Shown piece by piece: positions 56,205 to 64,000 of a DNA stretch of 64,000 bases. This stretch comes from a virus: the IMG/VR virus record IMGVR_UViG_3300033552_000002, positions 1 through 64,000 of that record; one strand, 5' to 3'. The position numbers and the translations under genes are program-made. The stretch's first letter is position 1. Each line of letters opens with the position of its first letter. The notes under the pieces were generated by a model that searched no databases, was not told where the DNA came from, and worked only from the letters and a program-made list of their open reading frames with translations.

Positions 56205-58610
56205 TTATTTTGAGCTACTTTTTGCTTGCTTGTTAGCTTTATCTATTTTGTTTTTCTCTTTGTCATTTTCAATTAGATGATCTAGAGCTCTATCTTCTCT
56301 AGCTTCTTTTCTCATTTGTATGTGAGCATTTACACCATCCCTAGCAATCTCAAGGGCATCAGGTACTCCATCACTATCCTGATCTTTATTAGGGTCAAAG
56401 CCAACAGTAAGAATAAGTTGTTTCTGAATATCAGTTTCTCTTTTTTCTTTTTCTTTAAGAATAATGATTTCTTTTTCATGTTCCCAGATTTCTTTTTGAT
56501 GTGCAATTTTCTTATCTTCTTGTTCAGATTTGAACTTTCTTTCTGCTTCAGCATTAGCTTGTTCTCTCTGTATTCTAGTTTCTTCAGCAACTTCAAGTAT
56601 CTCACTAGATTCTTGTATACTATCTTGTCTAATAATTTTAAGTACATCAGACAATTCAACTTTTTGATTTTGCATTGCAGCATGTGACAAGTTCTGGATA
56701 GTTTCTCTAATACCTTCTGATATAGAACTATCTTCCACATACAAACCTAAATTACTAGATACCAACATATCTAGGTCTAATGTCAATAATTCAACTGACA
56801 TATCATCTAGTACATTAGTAAGAACTTTTAAATCAGAATTAATATAAGCTATCTTAGCTACATCAAGTAATCCTTGAAGAACATTCTTTTTTACACAATT
56901 ATGTAAATCAAAGTATGGTTCAAGTATGTAAGAAGTTTGTACAAGATTTTGTTGATTATTACTTACTCTTTCAGATACAGCAGTTTGACCTAATACTGGG
57001 TCTGTAATACCTACAGACTTACCAGATTTTTGTTCCAGATATTCTGCCATTTCAACATACTTATTAATATCAGAAGCCAAAGATAAATCCAAAGTCTTAG
57101 CAATAGTATTAATATCACTTTGGTCCATACCTTCTTCATTAGGGTCAAACCACATAAACGGTGAACTCTTAAAGAAATACTGCCACTTTTCAATATCAAC
57201 TCCAGCACTTGAAGGTATAGCATTAATGTTCATTAATATTTTCTTACCATCATCAGATGCCATAAGAAGTTCTATTCTGTACATTACAATATTGTAGTAA
57301 TATTGATAAGCTTTCATTCTATCCATTATAGAAGTAGGATTAGAGTTTAAACTATCATACACAGCTCCATAATAAGAAAGTTTAGATTCTCCAATATTGT
57401 CAGTATCTTTTAACTGTCCTTCTACAAGTTGCATATTTTTGTAAATATCAGGGCCTATTTTATAACCTTCATAAGTTTGCACTATCCATTCACTTACAAT
57501 AGATACATCACCTATTTCTTTATTAAGTTTATAGTTTTCGTCTACTAAAAATTTCTTTTGTAGTACACCATCTTGATCAATAAAATCTAACCATTTTATT
57601 TCTCTAAGACTTTTAAATTGTACATGGATTAATTTTATACCAGTTTCATCAATGTTTTCAACTTGCTCTCCAAAATTAAATAAATTGCTTTGAGTATGAA
57701 TACCCATGTTTTGTTGATAATTAGAATACAAAGTATCTATTTCATTATCTGTTAAGTCAAACATAGCAACTAATTCTGATGGGTGCATTCTGAATTCAGC
57801 AACTGCCCATCTAGAATCTTCAATGAATTCTAGGTCTGAGGATTTCTCAAAATTAAACCTAAGTGGATTTACTACTTTGAGTATTGGTTTTCCATTTATT
57901 ATACCTATCCAATATACTTCATAAGCAGATAACAATGCATGTTTCCAACCATTGTTAAGCTTTCTTTTTACATCTTGTTGCTTAGTAAGGTGGTTAAGAA
58001 TTTGTTGGCCTTGTATTTCAGAAGGGTCTTGATGATCTCTTCTCATATACTTCTTAACCTGATCAGGAGTTTTAGCAGTAACTTCATCCTGCATTTTCTT
58101 TTGTAGTTCCTGCTTCTGTTGAGGAGTCATTTCCCCATTTAATTGTTCTTGATATTGAAGTTCAATTTGTTGTTTAATAGGACCAAGAATACCTTCAATA
58201 ACATAATCTCTTATTCTGGAAGTTTCTTCTTGTTCTTTTCTAGTAGTAGCCTCAGGATTAACTGCAAGCAATTTATAATTGAATGGTCTCTTAGATTCCA
58301 TTCCTTGTAAAGCTTTTATTCTATTAGATGAAATATCTCTATTAACCATTTGTGCAGGCAGTTCACCTACATTGGCTCCATAGGGACTACATACATATTC
58401 AAAATCTTTTAGATTAAGAATGTTATTGAACAAGTCATAATTGACTTTCATTCTTTTATATTCTGAAATACCTGAACCACCACTATTATGATTACCACTA
58501 GCTTCTACATCATAAGAGTCTATTCTTTCCCTAAACCACTGAAAATTATTCTCTTCTCTTTGTGCTCTAGTTAATCTTTCAGTATCTTTTATAATTTGTC
58601 TAGTTCCCAT
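56205..58610 (-). CDS. portal protein (801 aa) with Lys/Glu-rich C-terminal extension
   Basis: Large ORF immediately downstream of TerL. The size and position are typical of a portal. The C-terminal ~150 aa is KE-rich low complexity and contains DPNKDQDSDGVPDALE. Confidence 0.6.
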   Translation of the reverse strand: MGTRQIIKDTERLTRAQREENNFQWFRERIDSYDVEASGNHNSGGSGISEYKRMKVNYDLFNNILNLKDFEYVCSPYGANVGELPAQMVNRDISSNRIKALQGMESKRPFNYKLLAVNPEATTRKEQEETSRIRDYVIEGILGPIKQQIELQYQEQLNGEMTPQQKQELQKKMQDEVTAKTPDQVKKYMRRDHQDPSEIQGQQILNHLTKQQDVKRKLNNGWKHALLSAYEVYWIGIINGKPILKVVNPLRFNFEKSSDLEFIEDSRWAVAEFRMHPSELVAMFDLTDNEIDTLYSNYQQNMGIHTQSNLFNFGEQVENIDETGIKLIHVQFKSLREIKWLDFIDQDGVLQKKFLVDENYKLNKEIGDVSIVSEWIVQTYEGYKIGPDIYKNMQLVEGQLKDTDNIGESKLSYYGAVYDSLNSNPTSIMDRMKAYQYYYNIVMYRIELLMASDDGKKILMNINAIPSSAGVDIEKWQYFFKSSPFMWFDPNEEGMDQSDINTIAKTLDLSLASDINKYVEMAEYLEQKSGKSVGITDPVLGQTAVSERVSNNQQNLVQTSYILEPYFDLHNCVKKNVLQGLLDVAKIAYINSDLKVLTNVLDDMSVELLTLDLDMLVSSNLGLYVEDSSISEGIRETIQNLSHAAMQNQKVELSDVLKIIRQDSIQESSEILEVAEETRIQREQANAEAERKFKSEQEDKKIAHQKEIWEHEKEIIILKEKEKRETDIQKQLILTVGFDPNKDQDSDGVPDALEIARDGVNAHIQMRKEAREDRALDHLIENDKEKNKIDKANKQAKSSSK

Positions 58611-58630
58611 CTATCAATATTAAGTGTTTA

Positions 58631-58638
58631 CAAAAATA
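58631..58638 (-). promoter_or_regulatory. TAnnTTTG -7 box (TATTTTTG) upstream of the portal gene
   Basis: CAAAAATA lies in the 33-nt TerL-portal gap, 20 nt before the ATG. Confidence 0.35.
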
Positions 58639-58643
58639 GTAAT

Positions 58644-60866
58644 TTAATTCAATCTTTTATTTAAATTCACATTATTATTTTTAACATACATAGTAGACAT
58701 CATTTCAACTAACTTTTTAGCATTACCTGAAACTGGCTTAGCTTCTTCCTCATATACTTTAGTTAAAGCTTCTTCTTCTTCTTGGAACATAACTTGCATT
58801 AATGCCATTACCCTATCAAAGTTTCCTTTTCTATTATAAGCTATAAGTTCTTCTAATATTCCTGGAGAATATATTCTATCTATAGTTCTAACTGGGTCAC
58901 CATTTTCATCAAAATCTATAACTTCTAATAACCAATCTTTAATATATTTTTCACCAGCATCTTTTAATTTTTCAATCATGTGACACCCATATACTCTAGC
59001 TACTTTACTATTTTTTACATTTTTACTAATTACTGCATCAGGCTGGTAAGCTAGAAAATGTAATTGTTTTCTTTTTCTAAAGTATGACTTAACATGAGTA
59101 ACTTCATTCTCATGCATTATTTTAGTATTATAAAGCTCAGCAAAAAGTCTACCAATGTAGTTTACATCATCTGCTTCATTGGGTCTACCAACATATTCAG
59201 CTACAATAATTCTTTTAGTTTTGTGTCCCATTATAACACTTTTGTAAACTATGATAGAAGCAAGAGAACTTCCTCTATCTTGTCTGTATGGGTCATACCC
59301 TATTTTATATGCTCCAGGTACAGGTATTACTGAAGGATATTCATAAATTACAGGACAACCTGCAAGAGAAGTATTCTCTGGTTGTCTTCTATAAATTACA
59401 TTAGCAGTACCATCTAGTATAGGGTCTGCCTTAACTCTTTTAGTTTCATAATCATAATACAACTTAACTGGTGTACCTTTAGTAAGATGAAGACCTTTAG
59501 ATAATACAATATCCAATTGTCTTTTTAATTCTAGTACAGGAAAGTTATTAGTAGATACCATTCCAAATGCTTCAAAAGGACCAAATGGTTTTTCTTGCAT
59601 TCTGCTTTGCATATCAGTACTGGTGGCTCCATTATCTTTTCTAGTTTTTCTAACCTTTAATTCTGCATCTTTAGCTGACTGCAAATTAGAATTACCTTGC
59701 TTATCATAGTGGCCTGGCATGTTCCAAGTAATAGGGTGAAAGAATCCACACTTAGTATCTTCACTATCTTCATCCCAAACATTTTGAAATGGAAGCAGTC
59801 CAAATCTAAGAGGGCTACCATGCATCTCAGCATAATCTGCAGTACCACCACCCATATCTCCAGATGTACCAAATATTGTAATAAGACCTGTTTTAACATC
59901 TCCATCCATTACACAATCCTCAGAAGCTTTGTAACTATCTTTCAATAATCCTGGAGGCCCAAAAGAACCAGCTTCTTCAAAAATTAAATCATAAGCATCT
60001 TTTCCCCTTGCAGCATCTGGATTATCAGAAAATGTAAGTGACATAAGTTCTGACATAAATCCTACTTCTACAGGTACTCCATTCTTAGTCTCTAATGTAG
60101 AAGCTCTGAAATGTCCTTTGGAAGCTTGGTTAATAACATCCCTAGGATATACCCACGGAGTATGTTGAGTAATAAAATTTATATAATTATTTGCCATAGT
60201 AAAAATACCTTTTGGATATAGGTATTTCTTATCTTCAGCACCAAAAATTGTAAGCTTATTAGGTCTAGTCAAATAGTTATTAACACCAATAGAGGCATTC
60301 TTAAATGAATAACCTTTCCTTCTGGATTTACCTACAATAAGATTATACCCACCATAAAGATAATCTATTTCAATTCTAACCTCAAGATGTAAAGAATCAA
60401 ATACTTTTTTTAATTGTAAAGCTTGTTCCAGATCGGGTAAATTATATATTTCATCAGCTTCCTCATTTGTAATGATTCCTGAATCTAATACACCATTTCT
60501 TGCTATTTCTCTTGACCAATAGTAGTTATAATCTCCATCCCAGAAATCTGGAAAATCTAATTCTTTACTACCTTTTAATACTCTCTTTCTTTTAATTTCA
60601 TTGGTACCTTTTTCATCTTCTTCTGTTTTCATAATAGGACAGAAGTTCAAATAAAAATAGTGGTCCCCTGTAATACGAGAACCACCTACAGCATGTCCAA
60701 ACCTACATCTTCTTCTTTGTTCTTGCCAATAGTTAAACCAATCAGGACTTCCCTCAGGGTCAGCACAGTAGTAACCATACTTTTTAAAGTTCAAAGCTTC
60801 TTCTCTAAAAGCTTGTGAATTTATCCAAATACCATCTGGATTCCTAATTGAATTTACTATACTCAT
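58644..60866 (-). CDS. terL: terminase large subunit (740 aa)
   Basis: LIVGKSRRKGYSF (Walker A-like R..G(K/Y)S motif of phage terminases) and YDLIFEEAGSF (Walker B, hhhhEE). Large size and position directly upstream of the portal. Confidence 0.65.
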   Translation of the reverse strand: MSIVNSIRNPDGIWINSQAFREEALNFKKYGYYCADPEGSPDWFNYWQEQRRRCRFGHAVGGSRITGDHYFYLNFCPIMKTEEDEKGTNEIKRKRVLKGSKELDFPDFWDGDYNYYWSREIARNGVLDSGIITNEEADEIYNLPDLEQALQLKKVFDSLHLEVRIEIDYLYGGYNLIVGKSRRKGYSFKNASIGVNNYLTRPNKLTIFGAEDKKYLYPKGIFTMANNYINFITQHTPWVYPRDVINQASKGHFRASTLETKNGVPVEVGFMSELMSLTFSDNPDAARGKDAYDLIFEEAGSFGPPGLLKDSYKASEDCVMDGDVKTGLITIFGTSGDMGGGTADYAEMHGSPLRFGLLPFQNVWDEDSEDTKCGFFHPITWNMPGHYDKQGNSNLQSAKDAELKVRKTRKDNGATSTDMQSRMQEKPFGPFEAFGMVSTNNFPVLELKRQLDIVLSKGLHLTKGTPVKLYYDYETKRVKADPILDGTANVIYRRQPENTSLAGCPVIYEYPSVIPVPGAYKIGYDPYRQDRGSSLASIIVYKSVIMGHKTKRIIVAEYVGRPNEADDVNYIGRLFAELYNTKIMHENEVTHVKSYFRKRKQLHFLAYQPDAVISKNVKNSKVARVYGCHMIEKLKDAGEKYIKDWLLEVIDFDENGDPVRTIDRIYSPGILEELIAYNRKGNFDRVMALMQVMFQEEEEALTKVYEEEAKPVSGNAKKLVEMMSTMYVKNNNVNLNKRLN

Positions 60867-60869
60867 TTA

Positions 60870-61439
60870 TTACAATGTATCAGGATTAGCAAAGACACTT
60901 ACAATTTTTTGTCCTTTAGTTTTAACACTTTCAAAAATCTCATTATTTACTTTCTCTTCAAGTACAGTAAGATTTTGCAACACTCTTTCAGTATCATTTA
61001 AAGCAGATGTAATATCTTTAGGTTTAAGTAAAGGATTACCTGTTTTAATATTTACTGCATTTAGATCAAAAGTATTAAAGAAATTTTGAAGTCTTAATGC
61101 TGCTTTCTTTACTGACATATAGTAATTATAAGTAGCAGAAGCATTAGCTTGAAAATCTTGTAATACAGCAATTCCCTTAAGTACCAACTCGTCAGGTACA
61201 TAATCTTCATGCTTCATAATATCTTTATTCAATCTCAATCTTCTTTCTTCTTCAGGATAACCTTTATAAGGATTAGTCTTGTTGACAGACACCATAAACT
61301 CAATATAAGTAAACTCTTCCATAGCAACAAACTTACCTGGATTAGTATCTCTTTCCCAAATTTCAGTGAAAGGAGAAATCAATAAAGTTTCTATATTAGG
61401 TTTTACTATCTTGTTTTCTAATGTAAATAATATACTCAT
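60870..61439 (-). CDS. hypothetical protein upstream of terL (189 aa; small-terminase position)
   Basis: Supported by position only. No motif recognised. Confidence 0.3.
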   Translation of the reverse strand: MSILFTLENKIVKPNIETLLISPFTEIWERDTNPGKFVAMEEFTYIEFMVSVNKTNPYKGYPEEERRLRLNKDIMKHEDYVPDELVLKGIAVLQDFQANASATYNYYMSVKKAALRLQNFFNTFDLNAVNIKTGNPLLKPKDITSALNDTERVLQNLTVLEEKVNNEIFESVKTKGQKIVSVFANPDTL

Positions 61440-61636
61440 AAACTTTTTTTTAAATTATTAACTGTGTCCATTACATACATCTCTTTTGGAGGAAATGTAA
61501 AGGCAAATAAAAGTCCTTTTATTTGAGGTTTACTACACTCTAACATACACTTAGAAGCTTTTTGTATATCATCTACAGAGTAAAATTCTTGCTTTAATTC
61601 TTCTATATAATTTTCATGTTCTATTAGTAAATTCAT
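61436..61636 (-). CDS. hypothetical small protein (66 aa)
   Basis: ORF with ATGA-type overlaps on both sides. Confidence 0.4.
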   Translation of the reverse strand: MNLLIEHENYIEELKQEFYSVDDIQKASKCMLECSKPQIKGLLFAFTFPPKEMYVMDTVNNLKKSL

Positions 61637-62019
61637 TATTCTTTATGTTTTAAATAACATCTATAAATTTCCTTTACTATGTGATCTACTAAATAAGCTT
61701 GAGGTTCATCGTTGTCATTATCTAACTTAGCACCTATAGCATTAAACATAGTATTGCAAGCATGAACTGCTTCATGTGCTATTGTAGCAATTACCTCAAT
61801 TTCAAAATTCTTTTTAAAAATTTTTTTATGTTTACCAACATTAATAACAATTAATGTAGAACCTTCTCTTTGTTGACTAAAACCTAGTGAAGCATCTTCT
61901 TCAGTAAAATTATTGTGGTACTTTTTATTAATTTCTGCCATATCAGACATAAAGTTTTCTGTAATAACTATATGTAAGTTAAGTCCGTAAATAGGAATCT
62001 TTGAAAGTTTAGTTACCAT
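61636..62019 (-). CDS. mini zincin-like protein with HExxH motif (127 aa)
   Basis: IATIAHEAVHACN (HEAVH, nt 61762-61776) in a 127-aa protein immediately downstream of the endolysin. Confidence 0.4.
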   Translation of the reverse strand: MVTKLSKIPIYGLNLHIVITENFMSDMAEINKKYHNNFTEEDASLGFSQQREGSTLIVINVGKHKKIFKKNFEIEVIATIAHEAVHACNTMFNAIGAKLDNDNDEPQAYLVDHIVKEIYRCYLKHKE

Positions 62020-62618
62020 TATGCTTTGAAGATTGCTATTGATCTATTTAGCCAACCTTTAATGAATTTCTTCATCTTGATATTAGCTCTAACGATATTA
62101 TTGTAAGCAGTATTTCTGGCATTGTACAGACATTCCTCTGTTACATACTGCATTTTTTCTCTAGTCATAGGGCCTATAATACCATCAGCAGGAACTCCTG
62201 CACAACCTTGCATAAGTTTAATAGCTCTCATATTCCCCATATTATATGCTATATCAAAGTACATAAGTCTAGCACCAATAGGTAATATGAATGCATTGAT
62301 GGCTCTATAATATTTAGTATAAGCAAGAGCAGCTGCTTCTTCATAAGTAGTATCTTTAAAGTCATCAAAATTTTTAAACATGCCTGAATTCATATTATAG
62401 GCTATTCCCCATAATGTCCACCCACCTGTATCTCCTGCAACATTATGTAGTTGCCCACCTTTCTTGATGTCTTTGACACCTTCCCAAATTAAAGTCTTAT
62501 TAAAGATATTTTCTTTAAATAACTCAAATTCCTTTTCTACTGTAGGGTTAATCTTTGCTAACCTTACATAATCCTCTATCATTGTTCTGCTCATTTTATC
62601 TAGTTTTAGTTCCTTCAA
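62019..62618 (-). CDS. endolysin, GH108-type muramidase with PG_binding_3-like C-terminus
   Basis: LIWEGVK...GDTGGWTLWGIAYN parallels the GH108 EGGY..D..D.GG.T..GI motif. GVPADGIIGPMTREKM parallels the peptidoglycan-binding DG..G..T motif. Confidence 0.7.
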   Translation of the reverse strand: MKELKLDKMSRTMIEDYVRLAKINPTVEKEFELFKENIFNKTLIWEGVKDIKKGGQLHNVAGDTGGWTLWGIAYNMNSGMFKNFDDFKDTTYEEAAALAYTKYYRAINAFILPIGARLMYFDIAYNMGNMRAIKLMQGCAGVPADGIIGPMTREKMQYVTEECLYNARNTAYNNIVRANIKMKKFIKGWLNRSIAIFKA

Positions 62619-62892
62619 TTACTAATATATCTTCTGTATCATCTTTGTATACTACATTTATAGTTTTATAAACTAATTGGTCTCCTTCAATATGATTAGG
62701 AATTTCACCAGCATCAAATCTTACCTTTAAGATTCTATTCTTAGCATCATACTTTGCTTTAGTACAACCACATCCTACATTGATTTCCTTTACTTCAGGA
62801 ATTGTAATCAAACCTTGAAACTCAAAATCTCTAGAAGAGTTTCTTCTAATTGTACCAAAGTTTACTTTTTTACTCTGCCAATAATTTTTCAT
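62596..62892 (-). CDS. DUF1573-like small protein (98 aa)
   Basis: VNFGTIRRNSSRDFEFQG...INVGCGCTKAKYD resembles the F.FG.I......F.F.N.G......SCGCT signature of DUF1573, a domain typical of Bacteroidota. Confidence 0.45.
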   Translation of the reverse strand: MKNYWQSKKVNFGTIRRNSSRDFEFQGLITIPEVKEINVGCGCTKAKYDAKNRILKVRFDAGEIPNHIEGDQLVYKTINVVYKDDTEDILVIEGTKTR

Positions 62893-63190
62893 AATCTTTA
62901 ATTTTTGTTGTACTATTAAACTTCTTCCATTGTTTCTTATCCATCATTACAGGATAACAGTTCCCTGGACATGATTTATTTGCCATTTGTAAAGCAGTGG
63001 TTTCACAACCACACTTAATACAGCTCCCTTGTAAGTAACAATCTAAGTTCATTACAGATATTCTCCATGCTATTTGCTCAAAGATATGAGGCCTCATTAA
63101 GAACCAGAGCTTAGTATTATAGTAAAGCTTGTACCTATACTTACCTATAAGATATGCAAATATATCATTAAATTTTCTTTTATGCTTCAT
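62870..63190 (-). CDS. Cys-rich small protein (106 aa)
   Basis: CYLQGSCIKCGCETTALQMANKSCPGNC holds seven Cys residues in 28 aa, a possible metal-binding cluster. Confidence 0.45.
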   Translation of the reverse strand: MKHKRKFNDIFAYLIGKYRYKLYYNTKLWFLMRPHIFEQIAWRISVMNLDCYLQGSCIKCGCETTALQMANKSCPGNCYPVMMDKKQWKKFNSTTKIKDYEKLLAE

Positions 63191-63491
63191 GCTTTCTTAA
63201 GTATTTATCTATCATAGCTTTCTTATTGAAATAAGTTTTAGCTGATAAAGTTAAGTTTTTAAATTGCTCTTCCATTCTAATAAGAATGTGTTCTACTCTT
63301 TTAGGATAAGTAAGGAATGTACCAAAGTACTTAAGTCTTACTGTATTTAATTCCCCACTTTCCATTTCTTTTCTAACAAATAAGAAGGGAGTATTACAAC
63401 ATAACTTCATCTCTTCTAAATTCATGTGAGGATAAAGATGTTTATTAGCTTCATAGAATTTTTCAACAAGTTCTTGGTTACTTAGTGTCAT
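63180..63491 (-). CDS. hypothetical protein (103 aa)
   Basis: ORF in a chain of overlapping genes. Confidence 0.45.
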   Translation of the reverse strand: MTLSNQELVEKFYEANKHLYPHMNLEEMKLCCNTPFLFVRKEMESGELNTVRLKYFGTFLTYPKRVEHILIRMEEQFKNLTLSAKTYFNKKAMIDKYLRKHEA

Positions 63492-63838
63492 TTCTTTTCT
63501 ATTTTAAACTGATAAAATTGTTTACTTTCTTCTGGAAATAAAAATTCTTGTATGCTAAGATTACCTTCTAAGTTCTCTTTAATTGCACCTTTAGTCTTTA
63601 AATTACCTAAGTGATTTGACAGACCTGCATCTGACATCTTTAGATTATTCTTAACTTCCTTTCTGAATGTGGTTCCAAACCTATCCTTATCTACTAATAT
63701 ACCTTTTAAAGACATAAAACCTGCAAGTACTTCAATCTCTTTAGGAGTTAGATTTACAGGTAAGAAAGTATTGATAATATTCAAATGAGTCACATTATAT
63801 TCTAACTCTGTCAGAGCTGTGATTGCTTTTTGTATCAT
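63488..63838 (-). CDS. winged-helix DNA-binding-like protein (116 aa)
   Basis: LTPKEIEVLAGFMSL...MSDAGLSNHLGNLKTKGAI resembles a MarR/ArsR-type wHTH (helix, turn, recognition helix, wing). Confidence 0.35.
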   Translation of the reverse strand: MIQKAITALTELEYNVTHLNIINTFLPVNLTPKEIEVLAGFMSLKGILVDKDRFGTTFRKEVKNNLKMSDAGLSNHLGNLKTKGAIKENLEGNLSIQEFLFPEESKQFYQFKIEKK

Positions 63839-64000
63839 TATATGTTTATTAAAGGTTTCACATTACCTTCAGAATCAATAACATACCTACCCTCAAAAGG
63901 ATATAATATTTTAGCTGCAATTATGTAAACAGCTTTATCTGTTTCATCAAAATCTTCTCCTCTAAGCCTAGCTTCTTTTTTCTTTCTACACCAGTGGTCA
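63838..64000 (-). CDS. 3' end of a minus-strand ORF continuing beyond the window
   Basis: Hand translation of the reverse strand is open from 64000 down to the TAA at 63838-63840 (..DHWCRKKKEARLRGEDFDETDKAVYIIAAKILYPFEGRYVIDSEGNVKPLINI*). The stop overlaps the next ATG (TAATG). Confidence 0.5.
   Translation of the reverse strand, partial: DHWCRKKKEARLRGEDFDETDKAVYIIAAKILYPFEGRYVIDSEGNVKPLINI

Noticed and set aside
56316-56740. Two overlapping ORFs (123 aa on the plus strand, 136 aa on the minus strand in an alternative frame) lie inside the 3' end of the portal gene.
   Set aside because: They lie in the AAG/GAA-rich low-complexity region that encodes the KE-rich portal tail. The repetitive purine/pyrimidine runs keep several frames open by chance.
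1-64000. A search for CRISPR arrays, integrase or recombinase genes, a reverse transcriptase or DGR template/variable repeat pair, toxin-antitoxin pairs and long direct or inverted repeats.
   Set aside because: No regularly spaced repeats and no recognisable integrase or RT motifs (for example YxDD) in plausible ORFs. The repeats found are short intragenic fibre repeats only.

Overview
This window is an AT-rich, almost gap-free stretch of a dsDNA phage genome. It has the hallmarks of a crAss-like (Crassvirales-type) podovirus of a Bacteroidota host. That assignment is inferred from gene content, gene order and motifs; no database search was possible. Two convergent transcription blocks meet at a bidirectional hairpin terminator near 9.0 kb.

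The plus strand (1-8.9 kb) carries replication and nucleotide-metabolism genes: a UvrD-like helicase (5' truncated by the window), a RusA-like protein, a rearranged ThyX-like protein, a GroES-like protein, MazG and a radical-SAM-like protein. A lipoprotein/membrane-protein pair follows, and then a tRNA array: Glu(UUC), Tyr(GUA), Gln(UUG), Phe(GAA), a small ORF, His(GUG).

The minus strand is read from 64.0 kb down to 9.0 kb. In that order it carries:
- small regulatory and lysis genes (wHTH, DUF1573-like, GH108-type endolysin, a 127-aa HExxH protein)
- TerL, portal, an acidic scaffold-like protein and the putative major capsid protein with its own terminator
- several structural proteins and a tail-fibre cluster (one fibre has an S74-type C-terminal chaperone domain, one protein has an FN3 domain)
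- two holin-like membrane proteins, a RecB-type PD-(D/E)XK nuclease and an HU/IHF-like protein
- a ~28-kb block of five very large virion/ejection-type proteins (1890, 664, 728, 4382 and 1578 aa)

The 4382-aa protein carries a DYDID (DxDxD) motif typical of crAss-like virion RNA polymerases, plus a C-terminal HELIH zincin motif.

The most unusual signal sits directly upstream of the tRNA array. A probably leaderless 22-codon ORF has the core Gln-Tyr-Glu-His-Phe-Phe, which uses exactly the five amino acids served by the downstream tRNAs. Mutually exclusive antiterminator and terminator hairpins follow it. This looks like a ribosome-mediated attenuator of a phage tRNA operon.

Bacteroidota-type TAnnTTTG -7 boxes recur in the few intergenic gaps. 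The long ORFs show no stop-codon recoding. No CRISPR array, integrase or retroelement is visible.
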